Positions 13,241 to 28,200 of a stretch of 64,000 nucleotides of DNA are shown one piece after another. The stretch covers positions 4,650,001-4,714,000 of the forward strand of contig OZ251222.1 in assembly GCA_965240325.2 (NCBI GenBank), read 5' to 3'. The notes below the pieces were generated by a model, which did no database searches, was not told the DNA's origin, and worked only from the letters and a program-made list of their open reading frames with translations. The stretch is from Rebecca billardiae RCC1528. Taxonomy: Eukaryota; Protista; Haptophyta. Within the stretch, counting starts at the first letter, position 1; the number at the start of each line of letters is the position of its first letter. Both the position numbers and the translations under genes were made by a program.

Positions 13241-16200
13241 ACCGCCGCCATCGCCCCCACCGTCGCCCCCACCGCCCAGCTCGCCTCCGCCGCCACCGCC
13301 GTCACCGCCGCCGAGCCCGCCTCCGTCTCCGCCACCGCCGAGCCCGCCGCCGCCACCGCCGCCGTCGCCACCACCGTCGCCCCCACCGCCCAGCTCGCCA
13401 CCGCCGCCACCGCCGTCGCCGCCGCCAAGTCCGCCTCCGTCTCCGCCACCGCCGAGCCCGCCGCCGCCACCGCCGCCGTCGCCACCACCGTCGCCCCCAC
13501 CGCCCAGCTCGCCTCCGCCGCCACCGCCGTCGCCGCCGCCGAGCCCGCCTCCGTCTCCGCCACCGCCGAGCCCGCCGCCGCCACCGCCGCCGTCGCCACC
13601 ACCGTCTCCCCCACCGCCCAGCTCGCCTCCGCCGCCACCGCCGTCGCCGCCGCCGAGCCCGCCTCCGTCTCCGCCACCGCCGAGCCCGCCGCCGCCACCG
13701 CCGCCGTCGCCACCACCGTCGCCCCCACCGCCCAGCTCGCCACCGCCGCCACCGCCGTCGCCGCCGCCAAGTCCGCCTCCGTCTCCGCCACCGCCGAGCC
13801 CTCCGCCGCCACCGCCGCCATCGCCACCGCCATCTCCACCGCCGAGTCCGCCACCACCGAGCCCTCCTCCGCCGCCACCGCCGTCGCCGCCGCCGAGCCC
13901 TCCACCAAGCCCGCCGCCGCCGAGCCCACCGCCTCCCCCGCCGCCATCGCCACCACCGTCGCCCCCACCGCCCAGCTCGCCTCCGCCGCCACCGCCGTCG
14001 CCGCCGCCGAGCCCACCACCGAGCCCGCCACCCCCGGGCCCGCCGCCGCCTCCGCCGCCATCGCCGCCGCCGTCGCCACCACCGCCCAGCTCGCCACCGC
14101 CGCCACCGCCGTCGCCGCCACCCAGCCCGCCACCCAGTCCGCCACCGCCGAGCCCGCCGCCGCCGCCGCCGCCATCGCCACCACCGTCGCCCCCACCGCC
14201 CAGCTCGCCACCGCCGCCACCGCCGTCGCCGCCGCCGAGCCCGCCTCCGTCTCCGCCACCGCCGAGCCCGCCGCCGCCACCGCCGCCGTCGCCACCACCG
14301 TCGCCCCCACCGCCCAGCTCGCCACCGCCGCCACCGCCGTCGCCGCCGCCAAGCCCGCCTCCGTCTCCGCCACCGCCGAGCCCGCCGCCGCCACCGCCGC
14401 CATCGCCACCGCCATCTCCACCGCCGAGTCCGCCACCACCGAGCCCTCCTCCGCCGCCTCCGCCGTCGCCGCCGCCGAGCCCTCCACCAAGCCCGCCACC
14501 GCCGAGCCCACCGCCTCCCCCGCCGCCATCGCCACCACCGTCGCCCCCACCGCCCAGCTCGCCTCCGCCGCCACCGCCGTCGCCGCCGCCGAGCCCACCA
14601 CCCAGTCCGCCACCCCCGGGCCCGCCGCCGCCACCGCCGCCATCGCCGCCGCCGTCGCCACCACCACCCAGCTCGCCACCGCCGCCACCGCCGTCGCCGC
14701 CACCCAGCCCGCCACCCAGTCCGCCACCGCCGAGCCCGCCGCCGCCGCCGCCGCCATCGCCACCACCGTCGCCCCCACCGCCCAGCTCGCCACCGCCGCC
14801 ACCGCCGTCGCCGCCGCCGAGCCCACCACCGAGCCCGCCACCCCCGGGCCCGCCGCCGCCACCGCCGCCATCGCCGCCGCCGTCGCCACCACCACCCAGC
14901 TCGCCACCGCCGCCACCGCCGTCGCCGCCACCCAGCCCGCCACCCAGTCCGCCACCGCCGAGCCCGCCGCCGCCGCCGCCGCCATCGCCACCACCGTCGC
15001 CCCCACCGCCCAGCTCGCCACCGCCGCCACCGCCGTCGCCGCCGCCGAGCCCGCCTCCGTCTCCGCCACCACCGAGCCCGCCACCCCCGGGCCCGCCGCC
15101 GCCTCCGCCGCCATCGCCGCCGCCGTCGCCACCACCGCCCAGCTCGCCGCCGCCGCCACCGCCGTCGCCGCCGCCAAGCCCGCCACCCAGTCCGCCACCG
15201 CCGAGCCCGCCGCCGCCACCTCCGCCGTCGCCACCACCGTCGCCCCCACCGCCCAGCTCGCCACCGCCGCCACCGCCGTCGCCGCCACCCAGCCCGCCAC
15301 CCAGTCCGCCACCGCCGAGCCCGCCGCCGCCGCCGCCGCCATCGCCACCACCGTCGCCCCCACCGCCCAGCTCGCCACCGCCGCCACCGCCGTCGCCGCC
15401 GCCGAGCCCGCCTCCGTCTCCGCCACCGCCGAGCCCGCCGCCGCCACCGCCGCCGTCGCCACCACCGTCGCCCCCACCGCCGAGCTCGCCTCCGCCGCCA
15501 CCGCCGTCTCCGCCGCCGAGCCCGCCTCCGTCTCCGCCACCGCCGAGCCCGCCGCCGCCACCGCCGCCGTCGCCACCACCGTCGCCCCCACCGCCCAGCT
15601 CGCCTCCGCCTCCACCGCCGTCGCCGCCGCCAAGCCCGCCTCCGTCTCCGCCACCGCCGAGCCCGCCGCCGCCACCGCCGCCGTCGCCACCACCGTCGCC
15701 CCCACCGCCCAGCTCGCCGCCGCCGCCACCGCCGTCGCCGCCGCCAAGCCCGCCACCCAGTCCGCCACCGCCGAGCCCGCCGCCGCCACCTCCGCCGTCG
15801 CCACCACCGTCGCCCCCCCCGCCCAGCTCGCCACCGCCGCCACCGCCGTCGCCGCCGCCGAGCCCGCCTCCGTCTCCGCCACCGCCGAGCCCGCCGCCGC
15901 CACCGCCGCCGTCGCCACCACCGTCGCCCCCACCGCCCAGCTCGCCTCCGCCGCCACCGCCGTCTCCGCCGCCGAGCCCGCCTCCGTCTCCGCCACCGCC
16001 GAGCCCGCCGCCGCCACCGCCGCCGTCGCCCCCACCGTCGCCCCCACCGCCCAGCTCGCCTCCGCCGCCACCGCCGTCGCCGCCGCCAAGCCCGCCTCCG
16101 TCTCCGCCACCGCCGAGCCCGCCGCCGCCACCGCCGCCGTCGCCACCGCCATCTCCACCACCGAGTCCGCCACCACCGAGCCCTCCTCCGCCGCCTCCGC

Positions 16201-19200
16201 CGTCGCCGCCGCCGAGCCCTCCACCAAGCCCGCCGCCGCCGAGCCCACCGCCTCCCCCGCCGCCATCGCCACCACCGTCGCCACCGCCGCCCAGCTCGCC
16301 ACCGCCGCCACCGCCGTCGCCGCCGCCGAGCCCACCACCGAGCCCGCCACCCCCGGGCCCGCCGCCGCCACCGCCGCCATCGCCGCCGCCGTCGCCACCA
16401 CCGCCCAGCTCGCCGCCGCCGCCACCGCCGTCGCCGCCGCCAAGCCCGCCACCCAGTCCGCCACCGCCGAGCCCGCCGCCGCCACCTCCGCCGTCGCCAC
16501 CACCGTCGCCCCCACCGCCCAGCTCGCCACCGCCGCCACCGCCGTCGCCGCCACCCAGCCCGCCACCCAGTCCGCCACCGCCGAGCCCGCCGCCTCCCCC
16601 GCCGCCATCGCCACCACCGTCGCCCCCACCGCCCAGCTCGCCACCGCCGCCACCGCCGTCGCCGCCGCCGAGCCCGCCTCCGTCTCCGCCACCGCCGAGC
16701 CCGCCCGCCGCCACCGCCGCCGTCGCCACCACCGTCGCCCCCACCGCCCAGCTCGCCTCCGCCGCCACCGCCGTCTCCGCCGCCGAGCCCGCCTCCGTCT
16801 CCGCCACCGCCGAGCCCGCCGCCGCCACCGCCGCCGTCGCCCCCACCGTCGCCCCCACCGCCCAGCTCGCCTCCGCCGCCACCGCCGTCGCCGCCGCCAA
16901 GCCCGCCTCCGTCTCCGCCACCGCCGAGCCCGCCGCCGCCACCGCCGCCGTCGCCACCACCGTCGCCCCACCGCCCAGCTCGCCTCCGCCGCCACCGCCG
17001 TCGCCGCCGCCAAGCCCGCCTCCGTCTCCGCCACCGCCGAGCCCGCCGCCGCCACCGCCGCGTCGCCACCGCCATCTCCACCGCCGAGTCCGCCACCACC
17101 GAGCCCTCCTCCGCCGCCTCCGCCGTCGCCGCCGCCGAGCCCTCCACCAAGCCCGCCGCCCCCGGGCCCGCCGCCGCCACCGCCGCCATCGCCGCCGCCG
17201 TCGCCACCACCGCCCAGCTCGCCCGCCGCCGCCACCGCCGTCGCCGCCGCCAAGCCCGCCACCCAGTCCGCCACCGCCGAGCCCGCCGCCGCCACCTCCG
17301 CCGTCGCCACCACCGTCGCCCCCACCGCCCAGCTCGCCACCGCCGCCACCGCCGTCGCCGCCACCCAGCCCGCCACCCAGTCCGCCACCGCCGAGCCCGC
17401 CGCCGCCGCCGCCGCCATCGCCACCACCGTCGCCCCCACCGCCCAGCTCGCCACCGCCGCCACCGCCGTCGCCGCCGCCGAGCCCGCCTCCGTCTCCGCC
17501 ACCGCCGAGCCCGCCGCCGCCACCGCCGCCGTCGCCACCGCCATCTCCACCGCCGAGTCCGCCACCACCGAGCCCTCCTCCGCCGCCTCCGCCGTCGCCG
17601 CCACCCAGCCCGCCACCCAGTCCGCCACCGCCGAGCCCGCCGCCGTCGCCGCCGCCATCGCCACCACCGTCGCCACCGCCGCCCAGCTCGCCACCGCCGC
17701 CACCGCCGTCGCCGCCACCCAGCCCGCCACCCAGTCCGCCACCGCCGAGCCCGCCGCCGCCTCCGCCGCCATCGCCACCGCCGTCGCCACCACCGCCCAG
17801 CTCGCCGCCGCCGCCACCGCCGTCGCCGCCGCCGAGCCCACCACCCAGTCCGCCACCCCCGGGCCCGCCGCCGCCTCCGCCGCCATCGCCGCCGCCGTCG
17901 CCCCCACCGCCAAGCTCGCCACCGCCGCCACCGCCGTCGCCGCCGCCGAGCCCGCCTCCGTCTCCGCCACCGCCGAGCCCGCCGCCGCCACCGCCGCCGT
18001 CGCCACCACCGTCGCCCCCACCGCCCAGCTTGCCTCCGCCGCCACCGCCGTCGCCTCCGCCAAGCCCGCCTCCGTCTCCGCCACCGCCGAGCCCGCCGCC
18101 GCCACCGCCGCCATCGCCACCGCCATCTCCACCGCCGAGTCCGCCACCACCGAGCCCTCCTCCGCCGCCTCCGCCGTCGCCGCCGCCGAGCCCTCCACCA
18201 AGCCCGCCGCCGCCGAGCCCACCGCCTCCCCCGCCGCCATCGCCACCTCCGTCGCCACCGCCGCCCAGCTCGCCACCGCCGCCACCGCCGTCGCCGCCAC
18301 CCAGCCCGCCACCAAGCCCGCCACCGCCGAGCCCGCCGCCGCCGCCGCCGCCATCGCCACCACCGTCGCCACCGCCGCCCAGCTCGCCACCGCCGCCACC
18401 GCCGTCGCCGCCACCCAGCCCGCCACCCAGTCCGCCACCCCCGGGCCCGCCGCCGCCTCCGCCGCCATCGCCGCCGCCGTCGCCACCACCACCCAGCTCG
18501 CCACCGCCGCCACCGCCGTCGCCGCCACCCAGCCCGCCACCCAGTCCGCCACCGCCGAGCCCGCCGCCGCCGCCACCGCCATCGCCACCACCGTCGCCCC
18601 CACCGCCCAGCTCGCCACCGCCGCCACCGCCGTCGCCGCCGCCGAGCCCGCCTCCGTCTCCGCCACCGCCGAGCCCGCCGCCGCCACCGCCGCCGTCGCC
18701 CCCACCGTCGCCACCACCGCCCAGCTCGCCTCCGCCGCCACCGCCGTCGCCGCCGCCAAGCCCGCCTCCGTCTCCGCCACCGCCGAGCCCGCCGCCGCCG
18801 CCGCCGCCGTCGCCCCCACCGTCGCCCCCACCGCCTAGCTCGCCTCCGCCGCCACCGCCGTCGCCGCCGCCAAGCCCGCCTCCGTCTCCGCCACCGCCGA
18901 GCCCGCCGCCGCCACCGCCGCCGTCGCCCCCACCGTCGCCACCACCGCCCAGCTCGCCTCCGCCGCCACCGCCGTCGCCGCCGCCAAGCCCGCCTCCGTC
19001 TCCGCCACCGCCGAGCCCGCCGCCTCCACCGCCGCCGTCGCGACCACCGTCGCCCCCACCGCCCAGCTTGCCTCCGCCGCCACCGCCGTCGCCTCCGCCA
19101 AGCCCGCCTCCGTCTCCGCCACCGCCGAGCCCGCCGCCGCCACCGCCGCCATCGCCACCGCCATCTCCACCGCCGAGTCCGCCACCACCGAGCCCTCCTC

Positions 19201-22200
19201 CGCCGCCTCCGCCGTCGCCGCCGCCGAGCCCTCCACCAAGCCCGCCGCCGCCGAGCCCACCGCCTCCCCCGCCGCCATCGCCACCTCCGTCGCCACCGCC
19301 GCCCAGCTCGCCACCGCCGCCACCGCCGTCGCCGCCACCCAGCCCGCCACCCAGTCCGCCACCGCCGAGCCCGCCGCCGCCGCCGCCGCCATCGCCCCCA
19401 CCGTCGCCCCCACCGCCCAGCTCGCCACCGCCGCCACCGCCGTCGCCGCCGCCGAGCCCGCCTCCGTCTCCGCCACCGCCGAGCCCGCCGCCGCCACCGC
19501 CGCCGTCGCCACCACCGTCGCCCCCACCGCCCAGCTCGCCTCCGCCGCCACCGCCGTCGCCGCCGCCGAGCCCGCCTCCGTCTCCGCCACCGCCGAGCCC
19601 GCCGCCGCCACCGCCGCCGTCGCCACCGCCATCTCCACCGCCGAGTCCGCCACCACCGAGCCCTCCTCCGCCGCCTCCGCCGTCGCCGCCGCCGAGCCCT
19701 CCACCAAGCCCGCCGCCGCCGAGCCCACCGCCTCCCCCGCCGCCATCGCCACCACCGTCGCCACCGCCGCCCAGCTCGCCACCGCCGCCACCGCCGTCGC
19801 CGCCACCCAGCCCGCCACCCAGTCCGCCACCGCCGAGCCCGCCGCCGCCGCCACCGCCATCGCCACCACCGTCGCCCCCACCGCCCAGCTCGCCACCGCC
19901 GCCACCGCCGTCGCCGCCGCCGAGCCCGCCTCCGTCTCCGCCACCGCCGAGCCCGCCGCCGCCACCGCCGCCGTCGCCCCCACCGTCGCCACCACCGCCC
20001 AGCTCGCCTCCGCCGCCACCGCCGTCGCCGCCGCCAAGCCCGCCTCCGTCTCCGCCACCGCCGAGCCCGCCGCCTCCACCGCCGCCGTCGCGACCACCGT
20101 CGCCCCCACCGCCCAGCTCGCCTCCGCCGCCACCGCCGTCGCCGCCACCGAGCCCGCCACCCAGCCCGCCACCGCCGAGCCCGCCGCCGCCACCGCCGCC
20201 GTCGCCACCGCCATCTCCACCGCCGAGTCCGCCACCACCGAGCCCTCCTCCGCCGCCTCCGCCGTCGCCGCCGCCGAGCCCTCCACCAAGCCCGCCGCCG
20301 CCGAGCCCACCGCCTCCCCCGCCGCCATCGCCACCTCCGTCGCCACCGCCGCCCAGCTCGCCACCGCCGCCACCGCCGTCGCCGCCACCCAGCCCGCCAC
20401 CCAGTCCGCCACCGCCGAGCCCGCCGCCGCCGCCGCCGCCATCGCCCCCACCGTCGCCCCCACCGCCCAGCTCGCCACCGCCGCCACCGCCGTCGCCGCC
20501 GCCGAGCCCGCCTCCGTCTCCGCCACCGCCGAGCCCGCCGCCGCCACCGCCGCCGTCGCCACCACCGTCGCCCCCACCGCCCAGCTCGCCTCCGCCGCCA
20601 CCGCCGTCGCCGCCGCCGAGCCCGCCTCCGTCTCCGCCACCGCCGAGCCCGCCGCCGCCACCGCCGCCGTCGCCACCGCCATCTCCACCGCCGAGTCCGC
20701 CACCACCGAGCCCTCCTCCGCCGCCTCCGCCGTCGCCGCCGCCGAGCCCTCCACCAAGCCCGCCGCCGCCGAGCCCACCGCCTCCCCCGCCGCCATCGCC
20801 ACCACCGTCGCCACCGCCGCCCAGCTCGCCACCGCCGCCACCGCCGTCGCCGCCACCCAGCCCGCCACCCAGTCCGCCACCGCCGAGCCCGCCGCCGCCG
20901 CCACCGCCATCGCCACCACCGTCGCCCCCACCGCCCAGCTCGCCACCGCCGCCACCGCCGTCGCCGCCGCCGAGCCCGCCTCCGTCTCCGCCACCGCCGA
21001 GCCCGCCGCCGCCGCCGCCGCCGTCGCCCCCACCGTCGCCCCCACCGCCTAGCTCGCCTCCGCCGCCACCGCCGTCGCCGCCGCCAAGCCCGCCTCCGTC
21101 TCCGCCACCGCCGAGCCCGCCGCCGCCACCGCCGCCGTCGCCCCCACCGTCGCCCCCACCGCCTAGCTCGCCTCCGCCGCCACCGCCGTCGCCGCCGCCA
21201 AGCCCGCCTCCGTCTCCGCCACCGCCGAGCCCGCCGCCGCCACCGCCGCCGTCGCCACCACCGTCGCCCCCACCGCCCAGCTCGCCACCGCCGCCACCGC
21301 CGTCGCCGCCGCCGAGCCCGCCTCCGTCTCCGCCACCGCCGAGCCCGCCGCCGCCACCGCCGCCGTCGTCACCGCCATCTCCACCGCCGAGTCCGCCACC
21401 ACCGAGCCCTCCTCCGCCGCCTCCACCGTCGCCGCCGCCGAGCCCTCCACCAAGCCCGCCGCCGCCGAGCCCACCGCCTCCCCCGCCGCCATCGCCACCA
21501 CCGTCGCCACCGCCGCCCAGCTCGCCACCGCCGCCACCGCCGTCGCCGCCGCCGAGCCCACCACCGAGCCCGCCACCCCCGGGCCCGCCGCCGCCACCGC
21601 CGCCATCGCCACCACCGTCGCCCCCACCGCCCAGCTCGCCTCCGCCGCCACCGCCGTCGCCGCCGCCGAGCCCGCCTCCGTCTCCGCCACCGCCGAGCCC
21701 ACCGCCGCCTCCGCCGCCGTCGCCGCCGCCTTCGCCACCGCCACCCAGCTCGCCACCGCCGCCACCGCCGTCGCCGCCACCGAGCCCTCCACCAAGCCCG
21801 CCACCACCGAGCCCGCCGCCGCCACCTCCGCCGTCGCCACCACCGTCGCCCCCACCGCCCAGCTCGCCTCCGCCGCCACCGCCGTCGCCGCCGCCGAGCC
21901 CGCCACCCAGCCCTCCACCGCCGAGCCCGCCGCCGCCACCGCCGCCGTCGCCACCGCCATCTCCACCGCCGAGTCCGCCACCACCGAGCCCTCCTCCGCC
22001 GCCTCCGCCGTCGCCGCCGCCGAGCCCTCCACCAAGCCCGCCGCCGCCGAGCCCACCGCCTCCCCCGCCGCCATCGCCACCACCGTCGCCACCGCCGCCC
22101 AGCTCGCCACCGCCGCCACCGCCGTCGCCGCCGCCGAGCCCACCACCGAGCCCGCCACCCCCGGGCCCGCCGCCGCCACCGCCGCCATCGCCGCCGCCGT

Positions 22201-25200
22201 CGCCACCGCCGCCCAGCTCGCCGCCGCCGCCACCGCCGTCGCCGCCGCCGAGCCCGCCACCCAGCCCGCCGCCGCCGAGCCCTCCCCCTCCCCCGCCGCC
22301 ATCGCCACCTCCGTCGCCACCGCCGCCCAGCTCGCCACCGCCGCCACCGCCGTCGCCGCCACCCAGCCCGCCACCCAGTCCGCCACCGCCGAGCCCGCCG
22401 CCGCCGCCGCCGCCATCGCCACCACCGTCGCCCCCACCGCCCAGCTCGCCACCGCCGCCACCGCCGTCGCCGCCGCCGAGCCCGCCTCCGTCTCCGCCAC
22501 CGCCGAGCCCGCCGCCGCCACCGCCGCCGTCGCCACCGCCATCTCCACCGCCGAGTCCGCCACCACCGAGCCCTCCTCCGCCGCCTCCGCCGTCGCCGCC
22601 GCCGAGCCCTCCACCAAGCCCGCCGCCGCCGAGCCCACCGCCTCCCCCGCCGCCATCGCCACCTCCGTCGCCACCGCCGCCCAGCTCGCCACCGCCGCCA
22701 CCGCCGTCGCCGCCACCCAGCCCGCCACCCAGTCCGCCACCGCCGAGCCCGCCGCCGCCGCCACCGCCATCGCCACCACCGTCGCCCCCACCGCCCAGCT
22801 CGCCACCGCCGCCACCGCCGTCGCCGCCGCCGAGCCCGCCTCCGTCTCCGCCACCGCCGAGCCCGCCGCCGCCACCGCCGCCGTCGCCACCACCGTCGCC
22901 CCCACCGCCCAGCTCGCCTCCGCCGCCACCGCCGTCGCCGCCGCCAAGCCCGCCTCCGTCTCCGCCACCGCCGAGCCCGCCGCCGCCACCGCCGCCGTCG
23001 CCACCACCGTCGCCCCCACCGCCCAGCTCGCCTCCGCCGCCACCGCCGTCGCCGCCGCCAAGCCCGCCTCCGTCTCCGCCACCGCCGAGCCCGCCGCCGC
23101 CACCGCCGCCGTCGCCACCGCCATCTCCACCGCCGAGTCCGCCACCACCGAGCCCTCCTCCGCCGCCTCCGCCGTCGCCGCCGCCGAGCCCTCCACCAAG
23201 CCCGCCGCCGCCGAGCCCTCCGCCTCCCCCGCCGCCATCGCCACCTCCGTCGCCACCGCCGCCCAGCTCGCCACCGCCGCCACCGCCGTCGCCGCCACCC
23301 AGCCCGCCACCCAGTCCGCCACCGCCGAGCCCGCCGCCGCCGCCGCCGCCATCGCCACCACCGTCGCCCCCACCGCCCAGCTCGCCGCCGCCGCCACCGC
23401 CGTCGCCGCCGCCGAGCCCGCCACCCAGCCCGCCGCCGCCGAGCCCTCCGCCTCCCCCGCCGCCATCGCCACCTCCGTCGCCACCGCCGCCCAGCTCGCC
23501 ACCGCCGCCACCGCCGTCGCCGCCACCCAGCCCGCCACCCAGTCCGCCACCGCCGAGCCCGCCGCCGCCGCCGCCGCCATCGCCACCACCGTCGCCCCCA
23601 CCGCCCAGCTCGCCACCGCCGCCACCGCCGTCGCCGCCGCCGAGCCCGCCTCCGTCTCCGCCACCGCCGAGCCCGCCGCCGCCACCGCCGCCGTCGCCAC
23701 CGCCATCTCCACCGCCGAGTCCGCCACCACCGAGCCCTCCTCCGCCGCCTCCGCCGTCGCCGCCGCCGAGCCCTCCACCAAGCCCGCCGCCGCCGAGCCC
23801 ACCGCCTCCCCCGCCGCCATCGCCACCTCCGTCGCCACCGCCGCCCAGCTCGCCACCGCCGCCACCGCCGTCGCCGCCACCCAGCCCGCCACCCAGTCCG
23901 CCACCGCCGAGCCCGCCGCCGCCGCCACCGCCATCGCCACCACCGTCGCCCCCACCGCCCAGCTCGCCACCGCCGCCACCGCCGTCGCCGCCGCCGAGCC
24001 CGCCTCCGTCTCCGCCACCGCCGAGCCCGCCGCCGCCACCGCCGCCGTCGCCACCACCGTCGCCCCCACCGCCCAGCTCGCCTCCGCCGCCACCGCCGTC
24101 GCCGCCGCCAAGCCCGCCTCCGTCTCCGCCACCGCCGAGCCCGCCGCCGCCACCGCCGCCGTCGCCACCACCGTCGCCCCCACCGCCCAGCTCGCCTCCG
24201 CCGCCACCGCCGTCGCCGCCGCCAAGCCCGCCTCCGTCTCCGCCACCGCCGAGCCCGCCGCCGCCACCGCCGCCGTCGCCACCGCCATCTCCACCGCCGA
24301 GTCCGCCACCACCGAGCCCTCCTCCGCCGCCTCCGCCGTCGCCGCCGCCGAGCCCTCCACCAAGCCCGCCGCCGCCGAGCCCACCGCCTCCCCCGCCGCC
24401 ATCGCCACCACCGTCGCCACCGCCGCCCAGCTCGCCACCGCCGCCACCGCCGTCGCCGCCGCCGAGCCCACCACCGAGCCCGCCACCCCCGGGCCCGCCG
24501 CCGCCTCCGCCGCCATCGCCGCCGCCGTCGCCACCACCGCCCAGCTCGCCGCCGCCGCCACCGCCGTCGCCGCCGCCGAGCCCGCCTCCGTCTCCGCCAC
24601 CGCCGAGCCCACCGCCGCCTCCGCCGCCGTCGCCGCCGCCTTCGCCACCGCCACCCAGCTCGCCACCGCCGCCACCGCCGTCGCCGCCACCGAGCCCTCC
24701 ACCAAGCCCGCCACCACCGAGCCCGCCGCCGCCACCTCCGCCGTCGCCACCACCGTCGCCCCCACCGCCCAGCTCGCCTCCGCCGCCACCGCCGTCGCCG
24801 CCGCCGAGCCCGCCACCCAGCCCTCCACCGCCGAGCCCGCCGCCGCCACCGCCGCCGTCGCCACCGCCATCTCCACCGCCGAGTCCGCCACCACCGAGCC
24901 CTCCTCCGCCGCCTCCGCCGTCGCCGCCGCCGAGCCCTCCACCAAGCCCGCCGCCGCCGAGCCCGCCGCCTCCCCCGCCGCCATCGCCACCTCCGTCGCC
25001 CCCGCCGCCCAGCACGCCACCGCCGCCACCGCCGTCGCCGCCGCCGAGCCCGCCACCCAGCCCGCCACCGCCCGGCCCGCCGCCACCACCGCCGCCATCC
25101 CCGCCGCCGTCGCCGCCACCGCCCAGCTCGCCACCGCCGCCACCGCCGTCGCCGCCGCCGAGCCCGCCTCCGTCTCCGCCACCGCCAAGTCCGCCGCCGC

Positions 25201-28200
25201 CACCGCCGCCGTCGCCTCCGCCGTCACCGCCACCCTCGCCACCACCGCCGAGCCCGCCGCCACCACCGCCGCCGTCGCCACCACCCAGACCACCGCCATC
25301 GCCGCCACCACCGAGCCCGCCGCCACCACCGCCACCGTCGCCGCCGCCGACCCCGCCTCCGTCGCCACCACCGCCGAGCCCGCCGCCACCACCGCCACCG
25401 TCGCCGCCGCCGACCCCGCCTCCGTCGCCACCACCGCCGAGCCCGCCGCCACCACCGCCACCGTCGCCGCCGCCGACCCCGCCTCCGTCGCCACCACCGC
25501 CGAGCCCGCCGCCACCACCGCCACCGTCGCCGCCGCCGACCCCGCCTCCCTCGCCACCACCGCCGAGCCCGCCGCCGCCACCGCCGCCGTCGCCACCGCC
25601 GAACCCGCCTCCGTCTCCACCACCGCCAAGTCCGCCGCCGCCACCGCCGCCGTCGCCACCACCCAGACCACCGCCATCGCCGCCACCACCGAGCCCGCCG
25701 CCACCACCGCCACCGTCGCCACCGCCATCTCCACCGCCATCGCCGCCACCACCGAGCCCGCCGCCACCACCGCCGCCGTCGCCACCACCCAGACCACCGC
25801 CATCGCCGCCACCACCGAGCCCGCCGCCACCACCGCCGCCGTCGCCACCACCCAGACCACCGCCATCGCCGCCACCACCGAGCCCGCCGCCACCACCGCC
25901 ACCGTCGCCGCCGCCGACCCCGCCTCCGTCGCCACCACCGCCGAGCCCGCCGCCACCACCGCCACCGTCGCCGCCGCCGACCCCGCCTCCGTCGCCACCA
26001 CCGCCGAGCCCGCCGCCACCACCGCCACCGTCGCCACCACCCAGACCACCGCCATCGCCGCCACCACCGAGCCCGCCGCCACCACCGCCACCGTCGCCGC
26101 CGCCGACCCCGCCTCCGTCGCCACCACCGCCGAGCCCGCCGCCACCACCGCCACCGTCGCCGCCGCCGACCCCGCCTCCGTCGCCACCACCGCCGAGCCC
26201 GCCGCCACCACCGCCACCGTCGCCGCCGCCGACCCCGCCTCCGTCGCCACCACCGCCGAGCCCGCCGCCACCACCGCCACCGTCGCCACCGCCATCTCCA
26301 CCGCCATCGCCGCCACCACCGAGCCCGCCGCCACCACCGCCGCCGTCGCCACCACCCAGACCACCGCCATCGCCGCCACCACCGAGCCCGCCGCCACCAC
26401 CGCCGCCGTCGCCACCACCCAGACCACCGCCATCGCCGCCACCACCGAGCCCGCCGCCACCACCGCCACCGTCGCCGCCGCCGACCCCGCCTCCGTCGCC
26501 ACCACCGCCGAGCCCGCCGCCGCCACCGCCGCCGTCGCCACCACCCAGACCACCGCCATCGCCGCCACCACCGAGCCCGCCGCCACCACCGCCGCCATCG
26601 CCGCCGCCGACCCCGCCTCCGTCGCCACCACCGCCGAGCCCGCCGCCACCACCGCCGCCGTCGCCACCACCCAGACCACCGCCATCGCCGCCACCACCGA
26701 GCCCGCCGCCACCACCGCCGCCATCGCCGCCGCCGACCCCGCCTCCGTCGCCACCACCGCCGAGCCCGCCGCCGCCACCGCCGCCGTCGCCACCACCCAG
26801 ACCACCGCCATCGCCGCCACCACCGAGCCCGCCGCCACCACCGCCGCCATCGCCGCCGCCGACCCCGCCTCCGTCGCCACCACCGCCGAGCCCGCCGCCA
26901 CCACCGCCGCCGTCGCCACCACCCAGACCACCGCCATCGCCGCCACCACCGAGCCCGCCGCCACCACCGCCGCCATCGCCGCCGCCGACCCCGCCTCCGT
27001 CGCCACCACCGCCGAGCCCGCCGCCACCACCGCCACCGTCGCCGCCGCCGACCCCGCCTCCGTCGCCACCACCGCCGAGCCCGCCGCCGCCACCGCCGCC
27101 GTCGCCACCACCCAGACCACCGCCATCGCCGCCACCACCGAGCCCGCCGCCACCACCGCCGCCATCGCCGCCGCCGACCCCGCCTCCGTCGCCACCACCG
27201 CCGAGCCCGCCGCCACCACCGCCGCCGTCGCCACCACCCAGACCACCGCCATCGCCGCCACCACCGAGCCCGCCGCCACCACCGCCGCCATCGCCGCCGC
27301 CGACCCCGCCTCCGTCGCCACCACCACCGAGCCCGCCGCCACCACCGCCACCGTCGCCGCCGCCGACCCCGCCTCCGTCTCCACCACCACCGAGCCCGCC
27401 GCCACCACCGCCGCCGTCGCCACCACCCAGACCACCGCCATCGCCGCCACCACCGAGCCCGCCGCCACCACCGCCACCGTCGCCGCCGCCGACCCCGCCT
27501 CCGTCTCCACCACCGCCGAGCCCGCCGCCACCACCGCCGCCATCGCCGCCGCCGACCCCGCCTCCGTCGCCACCACCGCCGAGCCCGCCGCCACCACCGC
27601 CGCCGTCGCCACCACCCAGACCACCGCCATCGCCGCCACCACCGAGCCCGCCGCCACCACCGCCGCCATCGCCGCCGCCGACCCCGCCTCCGTCGCCACC
27701 ACCACCGAGCCCGCCGCCACCACCGCCACCGTCGCCGCCGCCGACCCCGCCTCCGTCTCCACCACCACCGAGCCCGCCGCCACCACCGCCGCCGTCGCCA
27801 CCACCCAGACCACCGCCATCGCCGCCACCACCGAGCCCGCCGCCACCACCGCCACCGTCGCCGCCGCCGACCCCGCCTCCGTCTCCACCACCGCCGAGCC
27901 CGCCGCCACCACCGCCGCCGTCGCCGCCGCCGACCCCGCCTCCGTCGCCACCACCGCCGAGCCCGCCGCCACCACCGCCACCGTCGCCGCCGCCGACCCC
28001 GCCTCCGTCGCCACCACCGCCGAGCCCGCCGCCACCACCGCCACCGTCGCCGCCGCCGACCCCGCCTCCCTCGCCACCACCGCCGAGCCCGCCGCCACCA
28101 CCGCCGCCGTCGCCACCACCCAGACCACCGCCATCGCCGCCACCACCGAGCCCGCCGCCACCACCGCCGCCGTCGCCTCCTCCCTATCCGCCACCGTCGC

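Noticed and set aside
18030-18032. ORF-track start of the 4623-aa protein
   Set aside because: An internal TTG variant of a Ser codon; the frame is open back to the window start.
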